DNA from: Halomicronema hongdechloris C2206
Lineage (GTDB): Bacteria > Cyanobacteriota > Cyanobacteriia > Phormidesmidales > Phormidesmidaceae
Length of the DNA stretch: 32,000 nt
NCBI RefSeq assembly: GCF_002075285.3
Contig: NZ_CP021983.2
Span: 3,330,001-3,362,000 of the forward strand
Direction of reading: 5' to 3'
A program made the translations under genes and the position numbers. The notes under the pieces are model-generated. The model was given only the letters and a program-made list of their open reading frames with translations. It did not search any database and was not told where the DNA came from. The stretch's first letter is position 1. Each line of letters starts with the position of its first letter. Below, piece by piece: positions 17,827 through 25,871 of this stretch.

Positions 17827-18438
17827 CTAGAGGGTCTGTGTGTTCCCTGAAGATGACGATGTCTCACTGGAGTCATCCTGGGTGTAAAAGGTCAAATGAG
17901 TTTTGCCATAGTGCTTTTGACGAATGATTCTTAGCCCTGAAATATCCTCTGCTTGCCAATAATTTGGCTGATGTTCAACCGCTAGTTCGCCGCCGGAGGC
18001 TAGGAGTTGAAATTCTCCTACTTGGCAGAGTACCGGTATATAGAGATCACTGGTGTATGGGGGATCGAAGTAAATACGATCGAAGCGTTGTGGTGCCGAG
18101 GGGTGTCTAGACGCCAATTGCAATCGCTTCAGTTGCTTAGCCACATCTCCCCGGATCAGAAAAAATGACTGGTCCTCCTTGGCTACCCGCTGCCAGTTTT
18201 CGCGGATCACCCGACAGGCTACTGCCGATTGCTCAATGCCCACAACGGTTTTAGCCCCACGACAGAGAGCTTCGGCTCCCATCGCGCCACTACCGGCACA
18301 GAGATCTAACCAGCAACACCCCTCGATATCCCCCTGCCAGATATTGAACAATGCCTGTCGCACCTTAGAAGGTGTAGGCCGGGTGGCCTGACCCGACAAT
18401 GTTTTCAGGACTCGATTGCCGTATATGCGAAGAGCCAT
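17827..18438 (-). CDS. rsmD: 16S rRNA (guanine966-N2)-methyltransferase
   Basis: The N-terminus is MALRIYGN...LKT. The SAM motif is LDLCAGSGAMGAEAL and the catalytic motif is FDPPY. Confidence 0.87.
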   Translation of the reverse strand: MALRIYGNRVLKTLSGQATRPTPSKVRQALFNIWQGDIEGCCWLDLCAGSGAMGAEALCRGAKTVVGIEQSAVACRVIRENWQRVAKEDQSFFLIRGDVAKQLKRLQLASRHPSAPQRFDRIYFDPPYTSDLYIPVLCQVGEFQLLASGGELAVEHQPNYWQAEDISGLRIIRQKHYGKTHLTFYTQDDSSETSSSSGNTQTL

Positions 18439-18450
18439 TGGCGACGTGGA

Positions 18451-19095
18451 CTACACCCTCAGGGCTGGTGTCTGAGCCTGTGCCAGGCTGACAAAGTTAG
18501 CCAACAATTGTAAGCCTTTTGCAGCAGACTTCTCCGGGTGAAACTGGACTGCCATCATGTTATCGCGGGCAATAGCAGCCGTAACGGTTTGGCTACCGTG
18601 GGTAATGGTGGCGGCAGTCATGGTTGCGTCTTTGGGAGCAGCGTAGTAAGAATGGACGAAATAGGCCCAGTCGCCACTGGCGATGGATCGCCATAGGCGG
18701 AGATCAGGCTGGGTCAGTTCTAGCTGGTTCCATCCCATATGAGGTATGGTGATATCGGGTTCATCCTGAAAGCGCCGGATCTCTCCAGGGACAATGCCTA
18801 ACCCTGGTTCGCTGCCCTCTTCGCTACCCTCAAACAATACCTGCAAGCCTAGGCAAATCCCTAGAAATGGCTTGCCACTAGTGATAACGTCCCGCAAGGG
18901 CTGAATCAGATCTCGCGATCGCAAGTGTTGAACGGCTGGATCGAAGGCCCCAACCCCTGGTAAGACAACGGCATCAGCTGCCTCGATCTCAGTGGCTGCA
19001 TCGGTGATGTGAGGATGGGCACCAGCGTTGGCCAACCCCTTGCAGGCTGAATGGAGATTCCCCATATCGTAATCCACTACAGCGATGCGAACCAT
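18451..19095 (-). CDS. hisH: Imidazole glycerol phosphate synthase, glutamine amidotransferase subunit
   Basis: Matching segments are IAVVDYDMGNLHS, the nucleophile elbow GICLGLQ, and FHPEKS. Confidence 0.95.
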   Translation of the reverse strand: MVRIAVVDYDMGNLHSACKGLANAGAHPHITDAATEIEAADAVVLPGVGAFDPAVQHLRSRDLIQPLRDVITSGKPFLGICLGLQVLFEGSEEGSEPGLGIVPGEIRRFQDEPDITIPHMGWNQLELTQPDLRLWRSIASGDWAYFVHSYYAAPKDATMTAATITHGSQTVTAAIARDNMMAVQFHPEKSAAKGLQLLANFVSLAQAQTPALRV

Positions 19096-19497
19096 GCTTT
19101 ACCTCCTGGTTACCGCCCTCACCTTTCCTATCCTACACGGGCTATCTGTTTTCCAAAGCATAGTGGGGGCGACCTGAATGCTGCTGCTCTCCAAGGAGAA
19201 AGCAGCTAACGTCTGAGTTTGCTAGCTTCCCTAGCACATTGGCAAATCTGGGCACCGTCAGCCACAAATCCCAAGGTCAGGCTATAGTTTAGAGAATTCA
19301 GGGTAAAAAAAGGCAAAGATCTCAGGGGTGTGGATGGTTTAGGGTATCCATCAAGACACTGTTGACCCCTCAATCAGACAGTTCAAATTGTCCTGCAAGC
19401 GGCATTCAGACCAGATAGCTTCTCAGCGCCAAGTAATGTGGACAGTCCTGTAATGGGCTATCTGGCCAACGCGACAGACTCCCACGGCCTGCCTGCC

Positions 19498-20130
19498 ATG
19501 AGTTTCCCCATCCTGATCACCTCTTTCGCCCCTTGGCAAGCTCATCAGCTGTCCAACTCCTCTGACGACTTACTCATGTACCTGCACCGGCAGCGGGGGT
19601 TGCCAGCCAACGTGACGATGTTGCGTCACCTGCCCGTTAACTATGAGTTGGCACCGGCCATAGTCATGGCCAAGCTGCTAGAGTTGTGCCCCCGGTTGAT
19701 TCTCTGCTGTGGTATGGCGGAGAGCCGTCCCTGCTTAAGTTTGGAGCAGACGGGGCGCTGGCAGCAGACAGTGCTGTACACCTCTCTAGATCTGACCCGG
19801 TTGGTTCGAGACACCCGGGTGACTCAGATCAGTGACCATGCCGGTAATTACGTCTGTAACTATCTCTATTTCAGGCTGTTGGACTTCATTCAGCGCCAGC
19901 GCTGGCCCACCCTGGCCCTATTTATCCATGTGCCGGTGCTCACGTCAGCCAATAGGGCCATACTTGCGGCTGACTTTGCCTTGATCCTCCGTCGCCTGAC
20001 ATTATGGGCTATCCAAGCAATGTCGGGCGAGGACACCCCCTATCCGGCTAAGTCAAGCCCCGCCGTTCTCCCGTTAGCGACAGGGACAGCACCTGTGCCT
20101 GCTAATGTCTCTGCTAAAAGCAACCCATAA
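19498..20130 (+). CDS. Peptidase C15 (pyroglutamyl-peptidase I)-like protein
   Basis: The Glu-Cys-His context is retained: LSLEQTG, AGNYVCNYLYF and LFIHVP. The ATG at 19498 gives MSFPILITSFAPW, resembling the family N-terminus. The ORF-track start at 19438 is GTG. There is a Pro/Ala-rich C-terminal tail. Confidence 0.68.
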   Translation: MSFPILITSFAPWQAHQLSNSSDDLLMYLHRQRGLPANVTMLRHLPVNYELAPAIVMAKLLELCPRLILCCGMAESRPCLSLEQTGRWQQTVLYTSLDLTRLVRDTRVTQISDHAGNYVCNYLYFRLLDFIQRQRWPTLALFIHVPVLTSANRAILAADFALILRRLTLWAIQAMSGEDTPYPAKSSPAVLPLATGTAPVPANVSAKSNP

Positions 20131-20197
20131 CCAATCCGTGACAGCGATAAAATGAGCCGAGATGCCTGTGCCATAGCCAGTAGCGGCGCGACCTGCG

Positions 20198-20920
20198 ATG
20201 AAGCCATACCACGCCATCCCGATTCACGATAACGGCGAGCCCCTGGTGCCCCTGCCCCTAGACCAGCTAGCGGTGAGGCAACCCCATCCCTATGCGGCGT
20301 TGGGAGCTCCCTATGGTGGCCAGTCCCCATATCGTTTGCGTCGTAGTGTCGGCCAGGCCCTGTTGCTGGCCCAAGCCCATCTTCAGGAGCAGCGGCCAGG
20401 CTGGCGTTTACAGATATTTGATGCCTACCGTCCTGTGGCAGTGCAGCAGTTTATGGTGGATTACACCTTGCAACAGCAGCAGCAGGCCTGGGGCTGGTGT
20501 AATCCGTTGACAGCGGAGCAACGGCGGCAATTGCTAGAGCAGGTGTATCGCTTTTGGGCTCCCCCTAGCGCCGATCCCTCAAGTCCGCCCCCCCACAGTA
20601 CTGGAGCGGCGGTCGATATCACCTTGGTAGATGCCCAGGGCCAGCCCGTCGCCATGGGTACTGCCATTGATGAGCTGTCCCCCCGGTCTGATCCGGATTA
20701 CTTTGCGGCCAGTAAAGATGCGCAAGAGCAGCAGTGGCATTGCGATCGCACCCTACTGAATCAGGCAATGGAACCGGCCGGGTTTCGTCGGCATCCCCAG
20801 GAATGGTGGCATTTTTCCCTAGGCGATCAACTATGGGCCTGGCTGCAACGGCAAGACACTGGCGACCCGCACATCATTGCCCGCTATGGCCCAGTGACGG
20901 AACTAACGACGTCGGTTTGA
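20198..20920 (+). CDS. D-alanyl-D-alanine dipeptidase, VanX/DdpX (M15D) family
   Basis: Matching segments are IFDAYRP, the zinc ligand region HSTGAAVDITLVD, and EWWHFSLGD. Confidence 0.84.
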   Translation: MKPYHAIPIHDNGEPLVPLPLDQLAVRQPHPYAALGAPYGGQSPYRLRRSVGQALLLAQAHLQEQRPGWRLQIFDAYRPVAVQQFMVDYTLQQQQQAWGWCNPLTAEQRRQLLEQVYRFWAPPSADPSSPPPHSTGAAVDITLVDAQGQPVAMGTAIDELSPRSDPDYFAASKDAQEQQWHCDRTLLNQAMEPAGFRRHPQEWWHFSLGDQLWAWLQRQDTGDPHIIARYGPVTELTTSV

Positions 20921-21335
20921 GAAACGAGGTCAGTCGCAGGCAATTGCGGCCCCCCTCGACCTGCCGATAATATTGAACTTCATCCATCAGTCGACACAGG
21001 ATCAACCAACCATAGCCTCCGTCTCGGCAGTCAGAAGGGGCGGGTAGATGCTCTGGACTAGAACTGAGATCAAAGCCGATACCGGAATCCCAAACTTCTA
21101 ACGAAATAGCGACATCAGTGACCTGCAGCACCATAACCGTGGGCAGGGATGGCTGCTCGGCATGGGCATGGCGGACCACATTGGAATAGGCCTCAACCAG
21201 GGCTAACCGTAGCCGAGAGGCCACCTGAGGCCAGTCCGATTGCTGGGCTAACTCCACCCGCAGTGCATCCAGCAGCCAGTTCTCGACCACCATGAGAAAT
21301 CTCGGGTCGCTGGGAATATGTAACTCTGTCTTCAT
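20874..21335 (-). CDS. RsbW/SpoIIAB-like serine kinase (HATPase_c anti-sigma-factor family)
   Basis: 153 aa. The N-box-like segment is EAYSNVVRHAH and the G1-like segment is VWDSGIGFD. Its start overlaps the stop of the upstream phosphatase gene in ATGA. Confidence 0.8.
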   Translation of the reverse strand: MKTELHIPSDPRFLMVVENWLLDALRVELAQQSDWPQVASRLRLALVEAYSNVVRHAHAEQPSLPTVMVLQVTDVAISLEVWDSGIGFDLSSSPEHLPAPSDCRDGGYGWLILCRLMDEVQYYRQVEGGRNCLRLTSFLKPTSLVPSLGHSGQ

Positions 21336-23035
21336 GGCGCCAGCACCTCCAGGGAGAGTACCGTCTGATCATCTACCTGCCCCACATTCAAAGCCTGAAT
21401 AGTACTCAAGAGGTGGTCCAGATTCAGGGGAGGCGCCTGTTGCTGCAACAACTGCCATAGGCCCACCTGCTTCAGCGTCGCCTGGCTGTCTGTTGTTCCG
21501 GCAACAGTCACAGTGGCATCGGTTAGCCCATCACTGGCCAGCAACAGGGTATCTCCTCCCCTGAGCCAATACTCCCCGACCTGGCCATTCCATTCCGGCA
21601 AAATCCCCAAGGGCACTCCCCGTTGCTCTAGGTAGTTGGGGTGGGGCGGCTTAGCCGGGGCTTGTCCCTGCCCTTGATAGTCTGACCACACCATGGGATA
21701 GATATGGCCAGCATTGGCATAAATTACCTGTCCCGTAGTGGGAACATAACGCACCAGCACTAGGGTGATGAAGCAATTATTACTGACCAGCTCCATCGAT
21801 AGGCTTTGATTCAGGGTTTGCATCAATCGATAGGGAGCCGCTGGGGTTGCCTGGGCCAATTCTCGTCGCAGTACAGACAGGGCACTGGCCATGAATAGGG
21901 CGGCAGGAACGCCTTTCCCCGAGACATCTCCCACGGCTAGCCACAGGTCGCCTTGGGGATGACAGTAGACCTCAAAGAAATCGCCTCCGACTTCCCGAGC
22001 CGGTAAGCAGCGGGCCTGAATCCGCACGCCGTTGACCACCGGTAACTGTTGGCGGAGTAGATTAGCCTGAATTTGACGAGCGACCGCTAACTCGGTCTGC
22101 ATTTGATGGGTCTGGAGTCGAGTGTGCTGATATAGCTGAGCCTGGGAGATGGCTAAGGCGATCTGTTCCGTGATGCCTTCGACGAGACCTAGAGTGTCGC
22201 TGCTCCATGGAATGCCAGAGCCAATTTGATACAGCACCACGACCGCCAAGTAATTCTGCTGATAGATCAACGGTAAGGTGAGGGCTCGAATGGCCAACCC
22301 CTGAAAGGTTAGAGACGCCAAGTTAGCCTGGAGCTGCTCTGGCTCCAGGCAGATCCGTTTGCGACTGTCTTCTAGCAGAAATGCTTGCAGCTCCGAAGAT
22401 AAGGGAGATTTGGCCTGGTAGGCATAGGGACCTGACTCTAGGGCCTGACTGTCATGGAGCCCGGTGGGTAGGGCAGGGATGGGATGCAGGATGGCGTGGG
22501 TAGCGTCGCAGGTATCCCCCAGGGTTTGTACAACTTTGTGTAACATGCTGGCGTAATCCAACGACTCCCGTAGAGCCTTGAGCACCGTATTGATGACAGA
22601 CTCGCGGCGCAGGGCCTGGGTCAGGGCTTTAGTCCGCTGCTTCACAACTTTATAGGTATCTGCCGCTTGCAGCACGACGGTCTTTAAGTTCTCTGGATTC
22701 CACGGTTTCGTGATGTATTTGAAGACCTTGCCGGAGTTGATGGCCTCTACCAAGTCGTCTACGTCGGTGTAGCCAGTGAGCACAATGCGGATGGTGTCGG
22801 GGAAGTGTGCCACCGTCCGGCTGAGAAATTCGGTGCCGTTCATGCGGGGCATCCGCTGGTCTGAAATGATCACGGCCATTTCGCCCTGCTGGGCCAGAAT
22901 GTCTAAGGCTTCGAAGCCGTTGGCAGCTTTAAATACCTGAAACTCACGGCGAAAGGTCCGATAGAGCAGATCTAAGTTATCGGGCTCGTCGTCGACGACC
23001 ATCAATTTCAATTTGTCACCCTGGCCCAGACTCAT
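21332..23035 (-). CDS. Response-regulator receiver + GAF + PP2C (SpoIIE/RsbU-type) phosphatase
   Basis: 567 aa. Receiver segments are LMVVDDEPDNL, IISDQRMPRMNG and KYITKPW. The central region is GAF-like. PP2C segments are GGDFFEV, VGDVSGKGVPAALFMA and LASDGLTD. Confidence 0.9.
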   Translation of the reverse strand: MSLGQGDKLKLMVVDDEPDNLDLLYRTFRREFQVFKAANGFEALDILAQQGEMAVIISDQRMPRMNGTEFLSRTVAHFPDTIRIVLTGYTDVDDLVEAINSGKVFKYITKPWNPENLKTVVLQAADTYKVVKQRTKALTQALRRESVINTVLKALRESLDYASMLHKVVQTLGDTCDATHAILHPIPALPTGLHDSQALESGPYAYQAKSPLSSELQAFLLEDSRKRICLEPEQLQANLASLTFQGLAIRALTLPLIYQQNYLAVVVLYQIGSGIPWSSDTLGLVEGITEQIALAISQAQLYQHTRLQTHQMQTELAVARQIQANLLRQQLPVVNGVRIQARCLPAREVGGDFFEVYCHPQGDLWLAVGDVSGKGVPAALFMASALSVLRRELAQATPAAPYRLMQTLNQSLSMELVSNNCFITLVLVRYVPTTGQVIYANAGHIYPMVWSDYQGQGQAPAKPPHPNYLEQRGVPLGILPEWNGQVGEYWLRGGDTLLLASDGLTDATVTVAGTTDSQATLKQVGLWQLLQQQAPPLNLDHLLSTIQALNVGQVDDQTVLSLEVLAP

Positions 23036-23142
23036 GCCAATTTGTTACTCCAGCGGTGCACTAATCGAGAGTCCATGTCATCTGTGTCAGTTGATCAGGA
23101 TACTTGGTCGTCGTTACTCTGCCCCAGTGTTCCCAGAGCAAG

Positions 23143-23167
23143 ATCACAAATCAGGACGATTTGTGAT
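23143..23167. promoter_or_regulatory. Perfect 10-bp inverted repeat ATCACAAATC-aggac-GATTTGTGAT in a divergent promoter gap
   Basis: Read directly. It lies 108 nt upstream of the phosphatase gene start (minus strand) and 161 nt upstream of the plus-strand gene at 23328. Confidence 0.35.
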
Positions 23168-23327
23168 TCTTCATGGGAGTCTTTTTCAGCGGTGTTTGGG
23201 TGAAATAGGCTATTCGCTCTAAGATGATGCCGGAACCTTGGATGGAGTTTCCCTGGCTGCATCAATGGGCCACCTATGGCCATGCTACAGGGTTGCCATC
23301 GCACACTCTCTCAAATGGTACTAACAG

Positions 23328-24242
23328 ATGACGCAGCCGCACACTCAGGTCGCTGTTAATCCTTGTTTGCTGCTCATCAACCTGATCGGTTGGGGACTGG
23401 TGGGTAGTTTCAGTTTGCCGTCTCTTGCAGCTAATTCCCCCTTGCCTGCCCTGCAGGAGACTTTGCAGTTGGCCCTCTGTCTAAATGACCGCCAGCAGGC
23501 GATAGCCGCATTGGGACCATTGCTGGCCCATTCTGAGATCACGCCTGCTTACCGGCAACAATTGGTGACGTTACGCCATTATTTGGAACATCCAACCCTG
23601 GGACAGGTCGGGGTGGAGCGGCAGACTTGCGATCGCACCCTGGCCCGCTATCTCCCGGTGGATTTTCCTGGGGAAGCAGATCAGGCGTTATTACTGGCCC
23701 TTGGTGGGCGGCGGCGACTGCCCCATCAGCAGGCCGCCCAAGCGGCGGCTCTAGAGCGTAGCGGTATTGCTCGCACCGAGGTGATTGATCTGGCCGCCTT
23801 GTCCCCAGTCACCCCCATCGACACTGAGGCTGGATCGGGGGTGACAGCCGGTGCTGTCAAGCGCGGGCAGGAGGTCTTTAGCTTCGTGGCCCAGGAGGGC
23901 GATCAGATCACCCTCGAGGTAGAGGTGACTCAGATCCTAACCGGCACCCTCTACACCGATGATGACTCCCAGCTGTTTCTATTCGATGACCAGGGGCGCT
24001 TGCTGGCTGAAAACGATGATTTCAGAGGCTTAGAGTCGACAATTCTGCGATACTCCCTGCCCCGCACTGGCACCTACTATGTGGCCGTCACCACCTACAA
24101 CAACGACCCGGTGCTGGATGAAAACAATGTGGTGGTGGATTGGATTGGCAGTGGCGGTAGCCACATCGAGTTTGTCTTAACCGTTGAGGGAGTAACGCCC
24201 CTGGAAGAATTGCAGCGGTTGCCGCCGGCTGGGGGCGAGTGA
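23328..24242 (+). CDS. Secreted hypothetical protein with a C-terminal pre-peptidase C-terminal (PPC)-like domain
   Basis: The N-terminus is signal-peptide-like (LLLINLIGWGLVGSFSLPSLAAN). The C-terminal segment GDQITLEVEV...DSQLFLFDDQGRLLAENDD...GTYYVAVTTYNN fits the PPC beta-sandwich pattern as I recall it. Confidence 0.68.
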   Translation: MTQPHTQVAVNPCLLLINLIGWGLVGSFSLPSLAANSPLPALQETLQLALCLNDRQQAIAALGPLLAHSEITPAYRQQLVTLRHYLEHPTLGQVGVERQTCDRTLARYLPVDFPGEADQALLLALGGRRRLPHQQAAQAAALERSGIARTEVIDLAALSPVTPIDTEAGSGVTAGAVKRGQEVFSFVAQEGDQITLEVEVTQILTGTLYTDDDSQLFLFDDQGRLLAENDDFRGLESTILRYSLPRTGTYYVAVTTYNNDPVLDENNVVVDWIGSGGSHIEFVLTVEGVTPLEELQRLPPAGGE

Positions 24243-24293
24243 TAGGGAAAGGGAAATGGGTAGATGGGTGGGCGAGTAGGTGGGTAGATGTGG

Positions 24294-24323
24294 AGTGAAG
24301 AGTGAAGAGTGAAGAGTGAAGAG
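24294..24323. repeat. Heptanucleotide tandem array (AGTGAAG), about 4.3 copies
   Basis: Perfect units at 24294, 24301, 24308 and 24315, plus a partial ag. Confidence 0.95.
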
Positions 24324-24502
24324 CTTGCCCTGTAAGGCTTCCAGCCAGGCTCCGCCAAGCGCGTCAGCGGCTCCGTAGGAGCAACGCAGTCGTTTCGCCA
24401 AGCGACATGAAAGGCTTTGCCTGCCCGGAGGGCATAGGAAGAACGGAAAAGGATAGATGGGGAGATAGGGGGAAATAGGGGAAGTAAGAAGGCAGAAGGC
24501 TT

Positions 24503-24557
24503 AAATTCAAAATTCAAAATTCAAAATTCAAAATCAAAATTCAAAATTCAAAATTCA
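24503..24557. repeat. Heptanucleotide tandem array (AAATTCA, reverse complement TGAATTT), 8 copies
   Basis: Seven perfect units plus one 6-nt unit (aaatca at 24531-24536). The array occupies the position homologous to the TGAATTG array of copy 1. Confidence 0.95.
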
Positions 24558-24829
24558 TTGCTACCTTGCCGATGCGGCGCGATCTACAACGGCTGATCGA
24601 CATGCCCTTCCGCAGGGTCCAGGGCAGTAGTTCGACTCCGCTCACCACAAGCGGTTCGCCCTGGTCGCAGGGGGCCGGGGGGAGCGAGATCCCCCCGGGT
24701 GAACGCTCTGATCGGTGAGATCAAGTGTGGTCTTACCGAGGTCATTGCCATTGATCGATAAGCCCAGCCGCTGGGTCTGGGGTGGCCCCAAGCAAAACCG
24801 CGCGACGCGTTCAGACCACGTACCATAAG

Positions 24830-25711
24830 TCATGGCAAGCGCTCAGCCACCCGTAGCTTAGCCGAGCGGGATCGGGGATTAGTGTTGACCTCTTCTGGCT
24901 GGGCTACGATGGGCTTTTTGCTGATTACTGTCAGCAGGGGCGAGGCCCGAAAGGCATGCTTCACCCGTCGGTCTTCCAAACTATGGAAACTGATGATGAC
25001 CAGACGGCCCTTTGGTTTCAGCCAGTGGGGAGCCTCTTGCAGCAGGGTATCGAGAACATCTAGCTCTCGGTTGACGGCAATCCGTAGGGCCTGAAAGGTG
25101 CGGGTGGCAGGGTGAATGCGGCCATGGCGATAACTAGCCGGGACACAGCCAGCAATGGCAGCGGCTAAGTCGGTGGTGGTTTGGAAAGGGCGCTGGGCGA
25201 CCATTTGCCGGGCGATACGGCGAGAAAGCCGCTCTTCTCCGAGGGTGTAGATCAAATTGGCCAAATCGACCTCGTTCCAGTAATTGACAATCTCTGCGGC
25301 GGTGAGACTTTGGCGTTGATCCATGCGCATGTCCAGCGGAGCTGGGTGGCGAAAGCTAAAGCCACGCTGAGGCTGATCGAAATGGGCGGAACTCACCCCT
25401 AGATCGGCTAGAATGCCGTCAAAACGATGGGAACCAGGGTCAAACTCAGCAAAGTTTCCCCGCCAAAATTTCACGCGCTCCCCAAAGGAGGCTAGCCTGG
25501 CTTGGGCCGATGCGATCGCAACCGCATCCTGATCAATCGCCGTCACCTGCAAAGCCGGCTCTGCCTCTAGCAACAAACGACTGTGGCCTCCTCCTCCCAC
25601 CGTGGCATCTAGGTAAAGACCAGGCTTCAAGGCCAAGGCGGCCAGGGTTTCTTTAGGTAATACCGGCACATGGTACATCCCAGTAGAGGCGGACGTCATT
25701 GGCTGCTCCAT
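24830..25711 (-). CDS. rsmH: 16S rRNA (cytosine1402-N4)-methyltransferase
   Basis: Matching segments are [34 protein letters not shown] and AKLR. The ORF-track start at 25789 is GTG. The ATG at 25711 (MEQPMTSAS) or at 25699 is more plausible. Confidence 0.92.
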   Translation of the reverse strand: MEQPMTSASTGMYHVPVLPKETLAALALKPGLYLDATVGGGGHSRLLLEAEPALQVTAIDQDAVAIASAQARLASFGERVKFWRGNFAEFDPGSHRFDGILADLGVSSAHFDQPQRGFSFRHPAPLDMRMDQRQSLTAAEIVNYWNEVDLANLIYTLGEERLSRRIARQMVAQRPFQTTTDLAAAIAGCVPASYRHGRIHPATRTFQALRIAVNRELDVLDTLLQEAPHWLKPKGRLVIISFHSLEDRRVKHAFRASPLLTVISKKPIVAQPEEVNTNPRSRSAKLRVAERLP

Positions 25712-25871
25712 AGCTGATTTATAAAGTGATCCTGTGGTTTCAATTGGGAATCTCTTACGGAAGGCTGTCCCCAAAATCAGGCAATTCACATTAAGATGCT
25801 TAAAGATGCATCAAAATTGCGTCTAGCCTAGGACTTGAGGTATCTTCGTCCCCTATCTCCCAGAGTTGACC

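Larger units (their letters stand above)
24243..24660. repeat. Mosaic non-coding dispersed-repeat element, copy 2 (inverted relative to copy 1)
   Basis: It fills the gap between the convergent genes 23328..24242 (+) and rsmH (-). Its parts, in order: a C-depleted G-tract block at 24245..24284, a heptamer array at 24294..24323, the 40-nt module at 24336..24375, the polypurine block ggggagatagggggaaatagggg, a heptamer array at 24503..24557, and the core at 24552..24656 matching the reverse complement of 6..178. Confidence 0.8.

Noticed and set aside
24095-24517. Minus-strand ORFs of 140 aa and 74 aa across the repeat region
   Set aside because: They translate heptamer arrays and polypurine/polypyrimidine tracts (SSLFTLHSSLH, PPIYPFPFPY), which makes them low-complexity artefacts. 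They also overlap the well-supported plus-strand gene end.
24620-24656. tRNA-like look of gcagtagttcgactccgctcaccaca, and of gagcgaagtcgaac at 69..83
   Set aside because: The segment contains a TTCGA-like pentamer, but the flanking bases do not form a 5-bp T-stem. No acceptor, D or anticodon arms can be drawn. I found no tRNA genes in the window.
24584-24833. Minus-strand ORFs of 80 aa and 63 aa downstream of rsmH. The 63-aa one starts in an ATGA overlap with the rsmH stop.
   Set aside because: Both are Arg/Pro/Gly-rich, as expected from reading GC-rich non-coding DNA. Their 3' halves run through the dispersed-repeat core that also occurs in a non-coding context at 1..120. No family is recognised. 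The ATGA overlap is noted, but I judge it coincidental.
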